From NCBI GenBank assembly GCA_016206365.1, contig JACQRR010000053.1, positions 1 through 33,939 of the forward strand: a stretch of DNA of 33,939 nt, in the 5' to 3' direction. Source of the stretch: Candidatus Roizmanbacteria bacterium. GTDB lineage: Bacteria > Patescibacteriota > Microgenomatia > UBA1406 > GWC2-37-13. Positions within the stretch are counted from its first letter, which is position 1; the number at the start of each line of letters is the position of its first letter. Both the position numbers and the translations under genes were made by a program. The notes under the pieces are model-generated. The model ran no database searches, had not been told where the DNA came from, and saw nothing but the letters and a program-made list of their open reading frames with translations. Below are positions 1 to 9,682 of this stretch, in pieces.

Positions 1-1
1 T

Positions 2-1360
2 ATGTTTGATAAACCGCTGGCCATCGTTGACGTGGAAACAACCGGGATGAGCGGCATTTACGATCGGGTGATAGAAATAGGCATAATCAGAGTAGAAAAT
101 AACGAGGTTACCGAAGAGTTGAACACGCTGGTCAATCCGCAAACTTATGTGTCTCCATTTATCGAGAGCTTCACAGGAATTAAGAAAGAAGAGTTGGAGG
201 AAGCTCCTACTTTTTCGGACCTCTCAGAACAGGTCTATAGTTTATTAAATGAGGCTATATTGGTAGCTCATAATGCTAGATTTGACTATAGTTTTATCAG
301 GCGTGAATTTAAGAGATTGGGCATTACATTTTCTTCAAAAACTCTCTGCACTGCCCAACTCTCGCGCAGACTTTTCCCAGAGCATAGGAGTCATGGTTTA
401 TCAGCGCTGATAGAACGATTTAATCTCGCCTGCGACAATCGACACAGAGCTTATAGTGACGCCCTAGTCTTATGGCAATTCATCCAAAAGTTAAAAGAAT
501 CGGTTTCTAAAAACAGATTGGCAAAAATAATCAAGATATTATTGAGATCCTCGTATAGCGGCAATGAATATATCAAGCAACAGATAGAAGAGTTGCCGGA
601 GAATACCGGCGTGTATGCTTTTTATGATAAAGACAGTGTTCCGCTCTATGTTGGCAAAAGTAAAGATATCAAGGAAAGAGTGATTTCCCATTTCACAATC
701 GACTATCAATCTTCAAGGGGATTGAGCATGATCAAAAAAATAGAAAGGATAGATCACTTTAAAACAGCTGGCGAGCTAGGCGCTTTGTTGTTGGAGTCAA
801 GATTAATCAAAGAACTTATGCCGATTTTCAATCGGCAACTGAGACGAAAAAAGGAATTTATTGCGGTTAAGAAATATATAAATAACGAGGGTTATTTTAG
901 TTTAAAATCTGAGATTTTGGATACTATAGATCTGACTAATTTAGAAGACATCTTGGGAGTATTTAAAAGTAAAAAGAGCGCAAAAGAGGCCATCTTGCAT
1001 TTGGCAAAAGAATATAAGCTTTGCTCAAAGATATTAGGCGTCGAGAGTACGAATTCGTCGTGTTTTGCTTACAAGCTAAGAAGATGCAAGGGAGCCTGCA
1101 TAGGTGAAGAGTTACCTAAAAAATATAATGCGAGATTCATCATCGCCCATTATGAGAACAAACAGTTTAGACCATGGCCTTTTTCCGGAGCTATAGAAAT
1201 ATTTGAAAAAAATGAAGAAGAGGAACTTTATGAAACATTTATGATTGATAAGTGGTGTCTTATTGATAGCGGTAACGAGCTTGATTTTGACTTGGATACC
1301 CACAAAATTATTTCCAGCTTTATTAAACACCGATCTCCTAATTACAGAGTCTTGGGTTAA
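2..1360 (+). CDS. DnaQ-like DEDD 3'-5' exonuclease fused to a GIY-YIG (UvrC/Cho-like) nuclease domain
   Basis: 452-aa ORF. The N-terminus (LAIVDVETTG, EIGII, HNARFDYSF, YSDAL) fits the Exo I/II/III motifs of the epsilon-subunit family. The central segment (GVYAFYD..LYVGKSKDIKERVISHF..ESRLIKELMPIFN) fits GIY-YIG. Confidence 0.8.
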   Translation: MFDKPLAIVDVETTGMSGIYDRVIEIGIIRVENNEVTEELNTLVNPQTYVSPFIESFTGIKKEELEEAPTFSDLSEQVYSLLNEAILVAHNARFDYSFIRREFKRLGITFSSKTLCTAQLSRRLFPEHRSHGLSALIERFNLACDNRHRAYSDALVLWQFIQKLKESVSKNRLAKIIKILLRSSYSGNEYIKQQIEELPENTGVYAFYDKDSVPLYVGKSKDIKERVISHFTIDYQSSRGLSMIKKIERIDHFKTAGELGALLLESRLIKELMPIFNRQLRRKKEFIAVKKYINNEGYFSLKSEILDTIDLTNLEDILGVFKSKKSAKEAILHLAKEYKLCSKILGVESTNSSCFAYKLRRCKGACIGEELPKKYNARFIIAHYENKQFRPWPFSGAIEIFEKNEEEELYETFMIDKWCLIDSGNELDFDLDTHKIISSFIKHRSPNYRVLG

Positions 1361-1366
1361 ATTCTC

Positions 1367-2524
1367 ATGAGAGTGTTTTATAATCTTCCTGTGAGACGTA
1401 AAGACTGGATATTAATATCATTTCTTATCATCTTTTATCTTGTAATCCTTTTTCTTTTTAAAAGAAGCATCTTTTCCTACAGATTTGATAAGAAATTAAT
1501 TGACCGATATTTCTTATCTCAAGATATACCACACGAAGTTAAGGGTAAAAGACTCTTCCTCTCAGACAATGAAATCTATATGGCTACAGGATATCTTTAT
1601 GCGAAAGGCGCCGATCCTTCGGTATATAACTTTGACCATCCTCCGCTTATTAAATATCTATTTGGTTACTCGATTCTTTTTTTGGGAAGCCCATACCCAG
1701 TCCAGGTGCTATTTGGAGTCGCAGTTTTATTGTTGACCTATTACCTTGGGTTAAGAGTTTTTCAATCTCCCGGCATTTCATTTTTTGCCTCTTTCCTACT
1801 TACGATAGATCCTCTATTTTTAGATATTTCGTCTGCCAGTCTCCTCGATCTTGGAGAGGCGGTTTTTTTATTGATGTATATGATATCGATGTTATTTTTC
1901 AAACGCAACTTTATCTTCCAAGGCATAATCTTAGGTCTATTGGCAGGAGCAAAATCATTGGTAAGCCCGTTATTTTTTGTTACAATTTTATTGTTCTACC
2001 AATGGTATAAAAAAGAGTTAAAGATTAAGGAGTACTTTCTTCATCTCGTCGTTGCATTTGTGGCCTTTTCCTTCCTCTATACAAGAACTTTCTTGGAGAG
2101 AGGTGGAGAGTTCAATATTATTTTTTTTATACTCAAAACGGTTAAATACCGCATTCAACACAATATTACTTCATTGCCCGGTTCTTCACTTTTACTTTTC
2201 TTGACGGGTTTTTTTCAAACATGGTGGGATGAAAAAGGGCTTCTAAGAGAAAAGGTCTGGACCGTGCTTTGGCCGATAAGCTTCCTAGTGATGACGATAA
2301 AAATATACACTGTCTTTCAAATAAAAAAATTGACGATAAAAGATTTATTGACGCTTACGCCCTTTTTATACCTTTTTTACTTAGGAGTGCAAGCCCCATT
2401 TGCAAGGTACTTTTTAATCATTCTTCCTTTTTCCTATCTCAGTCTATCAGAATTTATCTGGAGTAATCTTAATAAGCTAATTTTACTTAAAGCGAAGCCG
2501 GGTCAGACTCGGCGAAAGAAGTAA
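1367..2524 (+). CDS. Polytopic membrane protein, GT-C fold glycosyltransferase (family 39 / ArnT-PMT-like)
   Basis: 385-aa ORF with many hydrophobic segments. The first loop carries YNFDHPPLIKYLFG, typical of GT39/83-type lipid-linked sugar transferases. It starts 6 nt after the upstream gene. Confidence 0.55.
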   Translation: MRVFYNLPVRRKDWILISFLIIFYLVILFLFKRSIFSYRFDKKLIDRYFLSQDIPHEVKGKRLFLSDNEIYMATGYLYAKGADPSVYNFDHPPLIKYLFGYSILFLGSPYPVQVLFGVAVLLLTYYLGLRVFQSPGISFFASFLLTIDPLFLDISSASLLDLGEAVFLLMYMISMLFFKRNFIFQGIILGLLAGAKSLVSPLFFVTILLFYQWYKKELKIKEYFLHLVVAFVAFSFLYTRTFLERGGEFNIIFFILKTVKYRIQHNITSLPGSSLLLFLTGFFQTWWDEKGLLREKVWTVLWPISFLVMTIKIYTVFQIKKLTIKDLLTLTPFLYLFYLGVQAPFARYFLIILPFSYLSLSEFIWSNLNKLILLKAKPGQTRRKK

Positions 2525-2684
2525 AACGTTGATTATACCACTCTATCAACAACTTCATGGCAGAAACAACGTCTCTATTTCTCAAGAAATCAGAGTTTAA
2601 ACTGTGAATGTTTCAATTAATCAATTAATTAATACATTCGTAACGTTAGTTCGATATATTATTGTAACTTGTTACAATAATAAA

Positions 2685-3575
2685 ATGACAGATGAACAAA
2701 ATAAAGATACCGCAGCCACAGATAAGCAAGAAGCGTCAACGGCAGACCAATCCTCAGATGCCCCTGATAAAGTAGATTTATCAAGCTTATCTAAAAGACC
2801 ATTAGTCGAAGAGATAGAGAGAAATAAAGATCGGTATCTTTCTCTAATCAGTGTAACTGAGGAAGAAAAGGCTAATGCTTCGGCCTGTCCTATGAAAGCA
2901 GTTGGATTTGAAAACAATCCTTATATAGCTGGTGACGAATTACAAGCAGTTTTAATTAAATTTTTACCCAGACATTTATTGGAAAATTTTCAGCATGCAA
3001 AAAAAATAGTTTATTTTAATAAAGCTCTCCGTCCAAAATCTACTGCCAAAGGAACTATAGAAGATGAAGAACTAACTCCTGAAGCAGCAGAAAGAGAATA
3101 CATAAGGACTCTGGCTATTAAAGTGCACGATGAACCCTTTATTCGTCTTTTTTCCCCCGCGGGAATGTCAAGTGAGAGAGATGTGTTAAGAATTGCTCTT
3201 GTTCAAGCAACTATACATGATATAGCTCATGGCATATGGGATTATCATTTTGATTTAGCACAATCTGATAATGAAACAGTATCCCAAGCAGCGCTTGAAT
3301 GGTTAAATGATTTACAAGAATTAGCTTACAGCGGACCTGCTGTTTCAGCTAAATCGCAGGTATATAGCGATGAATCGGCAGAAAGAGGGAAAGATTTTGG
3401 GCAGGAAGAACTGGCTGAGATGGTAAGAATGTATGTTTTTGAACATGATAGGTTTAAAAGTTCAGCTACTAATGGTTTAGGCGGGCATAACAAATATGAA
3501 TACACTCAGGCATTATTTACTCAAGGCAATTATAGAGGCCACTCTGTGTTACCAGCAGTACTTCCAGTGAGTTAG
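2685..3575 (+). CDS. Hypothetical protein with an acidic, low-complexity N-terminus (start uncertain)
   Basis: Long open frame. The ORF track starts at GTG 2604, but the first 27 codons are AT-rich and hydrophobic. ATG 2685 (MTDEQNKD) looks the more natural start. No recognised domain; an HDIAH motif is noted only. Confidence 0.5.
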   Translation: MTDEQNKDTAATDKQEASTADQSSDAPDKVDLSSLSKRPLVEEIERNKDRYLSLISVTEEEKANASACPMKAVGFENNPYIAGDELQAVLIKFLPRHLLENFQHAKKIVYFNKALRPKSTAKGTIEDEELTPEAAEREYIRTLAIKVHDEPFIRLFSPAGMSSERDVLRIALVQATIHDIAHGIWDYHFDLAQSDNETVSQAALEWLNDLQELAYSGPAVSAKSQVYSDESAERGKDFGQEELAEMVRMYVFEHDRFKSSATNGLGGHNKYEYTQALFTQGNYRGHSVLPAVLPVS

Positions 3576-3600
3576 GTTGGCGGTTATTTCACCTCCAACC
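3575..3600. terminator. Hairpin spanning the stop codons of two convergent genes (possible bidirectional terminator)
   Basis: ggttggcgg (3575-3583) pairs with cctccaacc (3592-3600) with one mismatch around an 8-nt loop. There is no clear U-tract. Confidence 0.3.
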
Positions 3601-6600
3601 AGCCGCCTTCCGAATGTCCAGAAATATCAGGAATGTACATTTGGTACGCTTGAGCTGGTGGATGATGATAACGGCCGGGAGTTGTAGCTCTAACTCTGTA
3701 AGTTACTTCGTATACGCCGGGAGGCAGATAATTTGCGAACAGAGTTGTTCGATCATCATGATATTCCTTATGTCCAAAATAGAGTAGTTGATTGCCTTTT
3801 TCTTTCAAGCTTGGACTTTCTTTATTTAAGGCGCTTACATTTTTAAGGCTCTCATTTACCGATTCGAGGCCTGCTGGCAAAATATCTTCGATAACCACAA
3901 AGCGCCTCTCCTCCGGCGTAACTATAATCAGCCTTACCCACACTTCAGTATTCTCAAAAATTGTATCCATAGGTAATGTCTTCCCCTGGCTGTCTACAAA
4001 CTCTCTTACTACAACTATGCCTTGCTCCAGCGGCTTAATCTCTGAGAATGGTAGATAGTATTTAAGATTAACATCATAGTACAGGTTCCCTTGGCCGCTT
4101 TTGCTTATCTGTAATTTATTTTCTCCTCCGATATTAAGTTGAGATATCGAGATAACATATTGCTCTAATTTAAAGAGATCATCTTTTGTGAACTTTCCTT
4201 CTTTTAAGATTTTTCCATTCAATGCTAAACGATAATTTTCATCCACTCTTTGGTCTGCGCGACTCAAAAGTTGAGAAGATATTGCTTTAATTACAGCCGC
4301 AGTATCACGAGTTGATGCCCAGTGATTGTCAGTTCTTATGGACATTAAATATCGGACAACTTCAGGAATAAGTGGATTTTTTTTATCAAAGCCTACAAGA
4401 GCTTCAAGAATGCTTGCGGTTGTTGAAGTATTGCTTCCCATAAAGTAGTAATCTCTTTTTGGTTCTTCCCAATGGGTTGTGGTTGCCGTTTTCTTTGCCA
4501 AGCTTATTAATTCATTAAAGAGTCTTTTGGCCCGGTCTCCCATACCTGAAATATCTTTCATAGCTAGAACAAGATAAGCTCGCGACTCGAGGGAGAGTTC
4601 AAAGCGACGCTCAAAAAGATTGGCGGCATAAGACGACATGTTTATCCCTCTTCCTCGTAAAACATAAAGAATATACGCCTGAGTATTAAGCGACACCTCT
4701 TTTTTTCCCCGAGCCAGTTGGTTGACCAAATAAGTTTGCGCTCTTTGTAAAGTTTGGTCAGCCACGGTAAACTTATCTTTTTTTGCTTCGAACAAACCTA
4801 GAAATGCATAGGCAGTTAAGAATGGATCGCTTTCATTCTCTTGCCACCAACCCCAACCTCCATCTGGATGTTGTTGATTATTTAGTCTTTGAATGCTGTC
4901 GTTGATAACCTGTTCTAATTGTCTTGAGTCTATTAATCCATTTTTATCAATTTTGGCATTCTTCAAAATGCGCTGCACAAATACTGCAGGCATAAATCGG
5001 CTGGTTATTTGCTCCGCACAGTAATATGGATAGTCAAATAAATAAGCAAGTGCGTTAAAGCTCGCACTACCTAAAGATGGAGAAAAGACTATTGAAGTTT
5101 GTCCTTGCGTAGTATCAACCGCTTTGGGCAAAACTATTTTCTCTTGCGCGGTATCTTTTGCTTCGCCAGCAGTTGCCACTACTTCAGGAATGCTATATGA
5201 TTTTATGGGTAATGTCATTTCTAGTGCATCTCGAAGTCTCTTATCAGATCCTTCTACTGACAATTTAATTTTTGCAGATGCCGCATTCTTAGCGATAGTA
5301 GACCAGGTTATTTTTGTTTGAGCTCCATCAGCCAGAACTTGTTGTTTAGTTTTTCCATCTGTTATTTGGATACCTTCTTCCTCAATTTTTGCCGTTATGG
5401 TTTGATCCTCCCCGCTTGTATTCACAATGATTGCTCCAAGTTTTGCCTGATCGCCAACTGAAAGAAATCTAGGCAAAAACGGCCTGATAAGAACATCACG
5501 GCTGGTAATAACTTCCGATACTTTTGAACCAAAAGACGCATCTTGGGAATTAGCAATTGCGGCCAATCTCCAAGTGGTGAGATTATCGGGTAATTTTATT
5601 TCAACGCTGGCTTTTCCATCTTTATCTGTCTTAAGACTTGGATTCCAGTAGGCTGTTTCGGGAAAATCGCGCCTTGAAGTATCGCTTCCTCCATCCCCTC
5701 CTCCTCCGCTGCCGCCTTTTGCGCCTAAATCGGTATTTGCGTTTACACGATCAAGCGATATCGTTAAAAGCTGAGAAGTTTCTACCTCTAAATTCCTAGG
5801 CTGATAAAAAGTCTTATAAATATCAGGCAACTCAACTAATGATAAATCCCAAACCGCTTTATCTACCAGACCAACTGCCAGTTCCGCAGAAATTGGATGG
5901 CCAAGCAAATCTTTAGTCTCGATGGTTGCCCGAAGCGTTTCTTTAGGTTTATATCTCTTCTTATCGGTAGTGATGCGTACGTCAACTTGTTGTTTTTTGT
6001 CTGTAACCTTTATCTCTGCGTAGCCTATCTTAAATTCTGCAGGTTTTTTTACTTGATTGCCACCTCTTATAAGCACTGCACCAATAAATACATTCGGAGT
6101 ATATTTGGGAGGAATTGACATGCTAAAATTATTTGAAGTATTATCAATATCTACAACCTTGTAATCTAAAACGCTGCCTCTTTCTGCGGTTAAAAGTGTT
6201 TTGGCAGAATCTGATGCATATGGTGAGGCGACAAAGACAGAAAGGTTTTCACCCACCAAATAGTCGCGTTTATCGGTGACTACAACGATGCGATCATTAT
6301 TTTCTCTAGCCGCTGAGAAGCCTAGGCCTGAGACCCACAAGAAACTTCCACTTAGATTTTGATTGCCGTTTTTATCGCTTACTTTGCCGACCACTTTATA
6401 TGTCCCGCCCTCTGAGGGAGTAAATGAGGCTGTTGCCCTTCCTAAAGAATCAGTTGTTACTGTGGTGCTTGAAACTAATGTATCGTTTGGCTTACTCGTG
6501 TAATAAAATAGCCCGTCGTCAGGATTTTTTTCTCTAATTGTTTCCCAGGTTCTTTTATAAAATTCAATCGAGACAGGAGTATTAGCCACTTCTTTTCCTT

Positions 6601-9600
6601 TCATATCGACCGTAACAACTTCTACCCGGGATTCTTTTCCTGATTGATTAGCGTAACTTATAGGCCTCAACCCTGCATATAGACCAGCTTTATGAACAAT
6701 AAATTCATGTGATGCGGCAATCGATTGATTGCTAATATCATTGACTGTTGCCTCGATAACCATTCGCTGGCTTGTTTTTTGCTTGCTTATATCAAGTGGT
6801 ATAGTGATCTCTAGGTCGCCTTTCTCGTTTGTCTTCCCTTTTCCTTCAGTAACTTTTTCTCCTGAGAAATAACTCTGCCCTGAGTAATCCCACCAAGGCC
6901 TTGACCAATAAGAGTCTGGGTCGCCAAATTCAAAGCGCCAATCTTTATCCCATTGGATAGAGTAGTCTTGCGTTTGCAGCGTCCAGGTCAGAGGAGCGTC
7001 TGTGACTGGAGAGCCGAAATAATAGGAAGAATTTATGGCAATAGTAGCATTTTCACCTTGTAAATAGGTATCCTTTGACGGTTTGACTGTTACGGCCAAA
7101 TCGGGTCGTTTATATTCTTCTACCTGAAATTGTTGCGTGAAAGAATTTCCCTGAAATGTTGATCCGACTTGATAATATCCCAGATTTGCGTCTTTGCTTA
7201 AAATAAACTCTCCTGAAAATGAGCCAAATGTATTGATGGATAAGGATTGCATTGATACTGATTTGTTTTGAGCATCATTTATCGTTACTGAAATCTTCTC
7301 GCCAGGTCGAATATTCTCATAGTCTCCATCGTTATCTTTTCGAATGACTCCCTTAAAGTAGACTTTTTGGCCCGGCCTATAGATGGGCCGATCTAACGTG
7401 AGAAAAAGCTTATAATTTTCTTTTATGTCATACTCTTTGTATTCATCGGGATTGTAGTAGGACGGAAGGCCAAAATCAGATCGATCAATCCCTTGACTCC
7501 AGATATCTGCCGCTATAACTATATCGTCATCTTTTTGGCCAAAGACAAAAAGATTATTTTTTTGAAATAAGTCGACGTCCTTCATAAATACGCCGTCATT
7601 ATTTGTATTCCCTTGAGTAAGCATCTTTCCCGAACTATCCGTTAACTGAATATTCATGTTTGAAATTACATCGTTTGAAGACTGATCTACAGCCCAAGTG
7701 AAAATTTGTTTGGCGCTTTTTTTTACTGTCAAAGTCGATTTGCTTACGATCATGATCATGTTATCATGCGCTCCTTGTGGTATACGCAGATCAAGAAAGT
7801 AAAATCCTGCCGGCAATTTATCGCCGCTATTTGTGGTAACTTTTGTAACTACATGCACAGGGGTGTTTAAGTCTGCTCCATAAGTTTCACCCCAGCTTCG
7901 AATCTTTTCGAGTCTGCCCGCGTCGTAACTCTGCCAATTTTGGCAACCATAATTATTGTTACCGCATTGATTTTCATACCTTCTTCTGTAAAGATCGAGA
8001 AACTCCTCCTTTTTTAATTTGTAGAGAGAGAAGTCAACTCTGTTTGCATTGACAACCTGGGCAACGATGCGGGGGACGACGTTCTGATTAAACGACCCAA
8101 AATAAGTATCTTGAGGGAAAATATTAACCGATGGTTTGTAGGGAGCCGTAGTGAAGGAAAAAGTATATGATGCGTCTAAAGGCACTCCATACTGATCTTT
8201 AACGGCGTGTCCTATCGTGATCGTATAAGTTTTAGATCTTCCCAGATATGTTCCAATTGATAAAGTGTTCGTGTTTTCATAACTTGAAAAATAAAAATTA
8301 GGTTTTGTCTCCGGCTGCGGATCGATCAAAACATTATTTTCAAATGATTCCTCATCCATGGGAGTTCTAAAAACGACTCGGACGCTATGTTCTTCTGAAA
8401 TATTTCTATCTCCATTTTTTGGTGTCGAAGAGACAACCTGAGGTTTTGGAGCAACAGTAAAACTCCAAGTATAACCTGTTTCCATTCCGTTTGGCCCGTC
8501 TGCGCTTTGGACTCCTTGATCAAGCTGTACTCGATAGGATTTTTCTCTCAAAAGAGATGAGGAGGGGTAAAATCCAAAGATCCTTCCGTTTAGCGCAACA
8601 CGGCCGGGTACTCGATTTCCTGAAGCGTCAAGAAGATGGAACTTTTCGATAATTGAGCTTTCATTGACATTTTGGTTAAATATAGCAGAGACAGAGGCCG
8701 TGGGAGAAGCAAACTGCTCATTTTGTAAGGGGCTTACAGCTTCGACATGGGGTCGTTCGCTCGAGAACTCCCAACGATATACATTTTGTAATTTTCCCCC
8801 ATCTTGAGACTGAAGTTCTGGTAGGCTGACGCTATAGGTCGTAGCCTTTTTAAAGGGTTCTGATGGACGGTATTGATAGGCAGTCGTCCCCAGCCATCTA
8901 CCTTCGCCTTCGATCTCTGGATTAAGGCTAAATGCTGGTTTTTTAATTGCGCTATTTGTAGCGGTGGTCAAAGCAATCATCGGGCGATCGAAAACTACCG
9001 TAATAGGAGTGAAGTCTTCCAGCGCTTCATTTTGAGGCGAAGCCAGTACTACCTTTGGATTTCCCAGCGTTTCAAAAGTGATCGTTTTATTACCAATGAG
9101 CGGTACAAAAAAATTTGACAAAACTACTCCTCTAAACGAGATTTTATAGCTGCTTGCTCTACCAAGATTATTTTTGGGAGTAAATACAAGTTTTTGATTG
9201 CCTTCCCAGCTAAAATTGCCAGAAATATTGGGTTTGATGTCAAGGCTGCGTTCAGCTAAGGATTTTATAACGCCTTTGTTAAAGATAATCTCTATTTTTG
9301 AGTCTAATGGCGCTTCAGAGCTCATATTACCTGGGAAAGTTGTTATTATTCTAGGAGGCGTAAAAAGAGGACCAAACTTAATCAATAAAAAAAGTCCAAC
9401 AATGACAACCACTGGTTTTTTAACCATCTGCCAGCGTTTTGGCTTGTCCGCTTGTTTAAACTCTTGCTGCCAACTGAGAAAACGTGTACTCAACTTTGTA
9501 TAGTTTTCTTTCGTATGATGATGTAGGATAGGAAGATTAGCTTCCAGGTATTGTTTTAATCTAGCGATATTTTCTTGTATAGCGGTAAAAAAATTCTTAA

Positions 9601-9613
9601 GATACTTACTCAT
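3584..9613 (-). CDS. Bacterial alpha-2-macroglobulin family protein (YfhM/ECAM-like), thioester-containing, N-terminally membrane-anchored
   Basis: 2009-aa ORF. The thioester motif DYPYYCAEQ is encoded at 5009..5020. There are repeated Ig-like/MG-type beta-rich segments and a C-terminal receptor-binding-like end. A single TM segment (VVVIVGLFLLIKFGPLF) follows about 65 cytoplasmic residues. It lies directly downstream of pbpC. Confidence 0.9.
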   Translation of the reverse strand: MSKYLKNFFTAIQENIARLKQYLEANLPILHHHTKENYTKLSTRFLSWQQEFKQADKPKRWQMVKKPVVVIVGLFLLIKFGPLFTPPRIITTFPGNMSSEAPLDSKIEIIFNKGVIKSLAERSLDIKPNISGNFSWEGNQKLVFTPKNNLGRASSYKISFRGVVLSNFFVPLIGNKTITFETLGNPKVVLASPQNEALEDFTPITVVFDRPMIALTTATNSAIKKPAFSLNPEIEGEGRWLGTTAYQYRPSEPFKKATTYSVSLPELQSQDGGKLQNVYRWEFSSERPHVEAVSPLQNEQFASPTASVSAIFNQNVNESSIIEKFHLLDASGNRVPGRVALNGRIFGFYPSSSLLREKSYRVQLDQGVQSADGPNGMETGYTWSFTVAPKPQVVSSTPKNGDRNISEEHSVRVVFRTPMDEESFENNVLIDPQPETKPNFYFSSYENTNTLSIGTYLGRSKTYTITIGHAVKDQYGVPLDASYTFSFTTAPYKPSVNIFPQDTYFGSFNQNVVPRIVAQVVNANRVDFSLYKLKKEEFLDLYRRRYENQCGNNNYGCQNWQSYDAGRLEKIRSWGETYGADLNTPVHVVTKVTTNSGDKLPAGFYFLDLRIPQGAHDNMIMIVSKSTLTVKKSAKQIFTWAVDQSSNDVISNMNIQLTDSSGKMLTQGNTNNDGVFMKDVDLFQKNNLFVFGQKDDDIVIAADIWSQGIDRSDFGLPSYYNPDEYKEYDIKENYKLFLTLDRPIYRPGQKVYFKGVIRKDNDGDYENIRPGEKISVTINDAQNKSVSMQSLSINTFGSFSGEFILSKDANLGYYQVGSTFQGNSFTQQFQVEEYKRPDLAVTVKPSKDTYLQGENATIAINSSYYFGSPVTDAPLTWTLQTQDYSIQWDKDWRFEFGDPDSYWSRPWWDYSGQSYFSGEKVTEGKGKTNEKGDLEITIPLDISKQKTSQRMVIEATVNDISNQSIAASHEFIVHKAGLYAGLRPISYANQSGKESRVEVVTVDMKGKEVANTPVSIEFYKRTWETIREKNPDDGLFYYTSKPNDTLVSSTTVTTDSLGRATASFTPSEGGTYKVVGKVSDKNGNQNLSGSFLWVSGLGFSAARENNDRIVVVTDKRDYLVGENLSVFVASPYASDSAKTLLTAERGSVLDYKVVDIDNTSNNFSMSIPPKYTPNVFIGAVLIRGGNQVKKPAEFKIGYAEIKVTDKKQQVDVRITTDKKRYKPKETLRATIETKDLLGHPISAELAVGLVDKAVWDLSLVELPDIYKTFYQPRNLEVETSQLLTISLDRVNANTDLGAKGGSGGGGDGGSDTSRRDFPETAYWNPSLKTDKDGKASVEIKLPDNLTTWRLAAIANSQDASFGSKVSEVITSRDVLIRPFLPRFLSVGDQAKLGAIIVNTSGEDQTITAKIEEEGIQITDGKTKQQVLADGAQTKITWSTIAKNAASAKIKLSVEGSDKRLRDALEMTLPIKSYSIPEVVATAGEAKDTAQEKIVLPKAVDTTQGQTSIVFSPSLGSASFNALAYLFDYPYYCAEQITSRFMPAVFVQRILKNAKIDKNGLIDSRQLEQVINDSIQRLNNQQHPDGGWGWWQENESDPFLTAYAFLGLFEAKKDKFTVADQTLQRAQTYLVNQLARGKKEVSLNTQAYILYVLRGRGINMSSYAANLFERRFELSLESRAYLVLAMKDISGMGDRAKRLFNELISLAKKTATTTHWEEPKRDYYFMGSNTSTTASILEALVGFDKKNPLIPEVVRYLMSIRTDNHWASTRDTAAVIKAISSQLLSRADQRVDENYRLALNGKILKEGKFTKDDLFKLEQYVISISQLNIGGENKLQISKSGQGNLYYDVNLKYYLPFSEIKPLEQGIVVVREFVDSQGKTLPMDTIFENTEVWVRLIIVTPEERRFVVIEDILPAGLESVNESLKNVSALNKESPSLKEKGNQLLYFGHKEYHDDRTTLFANYLPPGVYEVTYRVRATTPGRYHHPPAQAYQMYIPDISGHSEGGWLEVK

Positions 9614-9682
9614 TTATATATTTTTTTTAAACCAAATTATTGCCACTGCTTTTATTAGAGCATAATTGGATAACCCTGTCAA

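Noticed and set aside
2604-2684. GTG 2604 as the start of the 2604..3575 ORF
   Set aside because: The extra 27 residues (NVSINQLINTFVTLVRYIIVTCYNNK) look like translated AT-rich intergenic sequence. ATG 2685 is preferred but unproven.
1112-2917. ORFs 1112..1330(-), 1500..1736(+), 2269..2466(+) and 2672..2917(-)
   Set aside because: They are nested in or antisense to longer, better-supported genes and have no recognisable features.
3792-9503. Short ORFs in the track nested antisense or out of frame inside the A2M gene (3792..4058, 5124..5321, 5897..6118, 8326..8523, 8873..9118, 9198..9503)
   Set aside because: They lie entirely within a 2009-aa gene with clear family motifs, have low-complexity translations and no motifs of their own. 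They are typical shadow ORFs.
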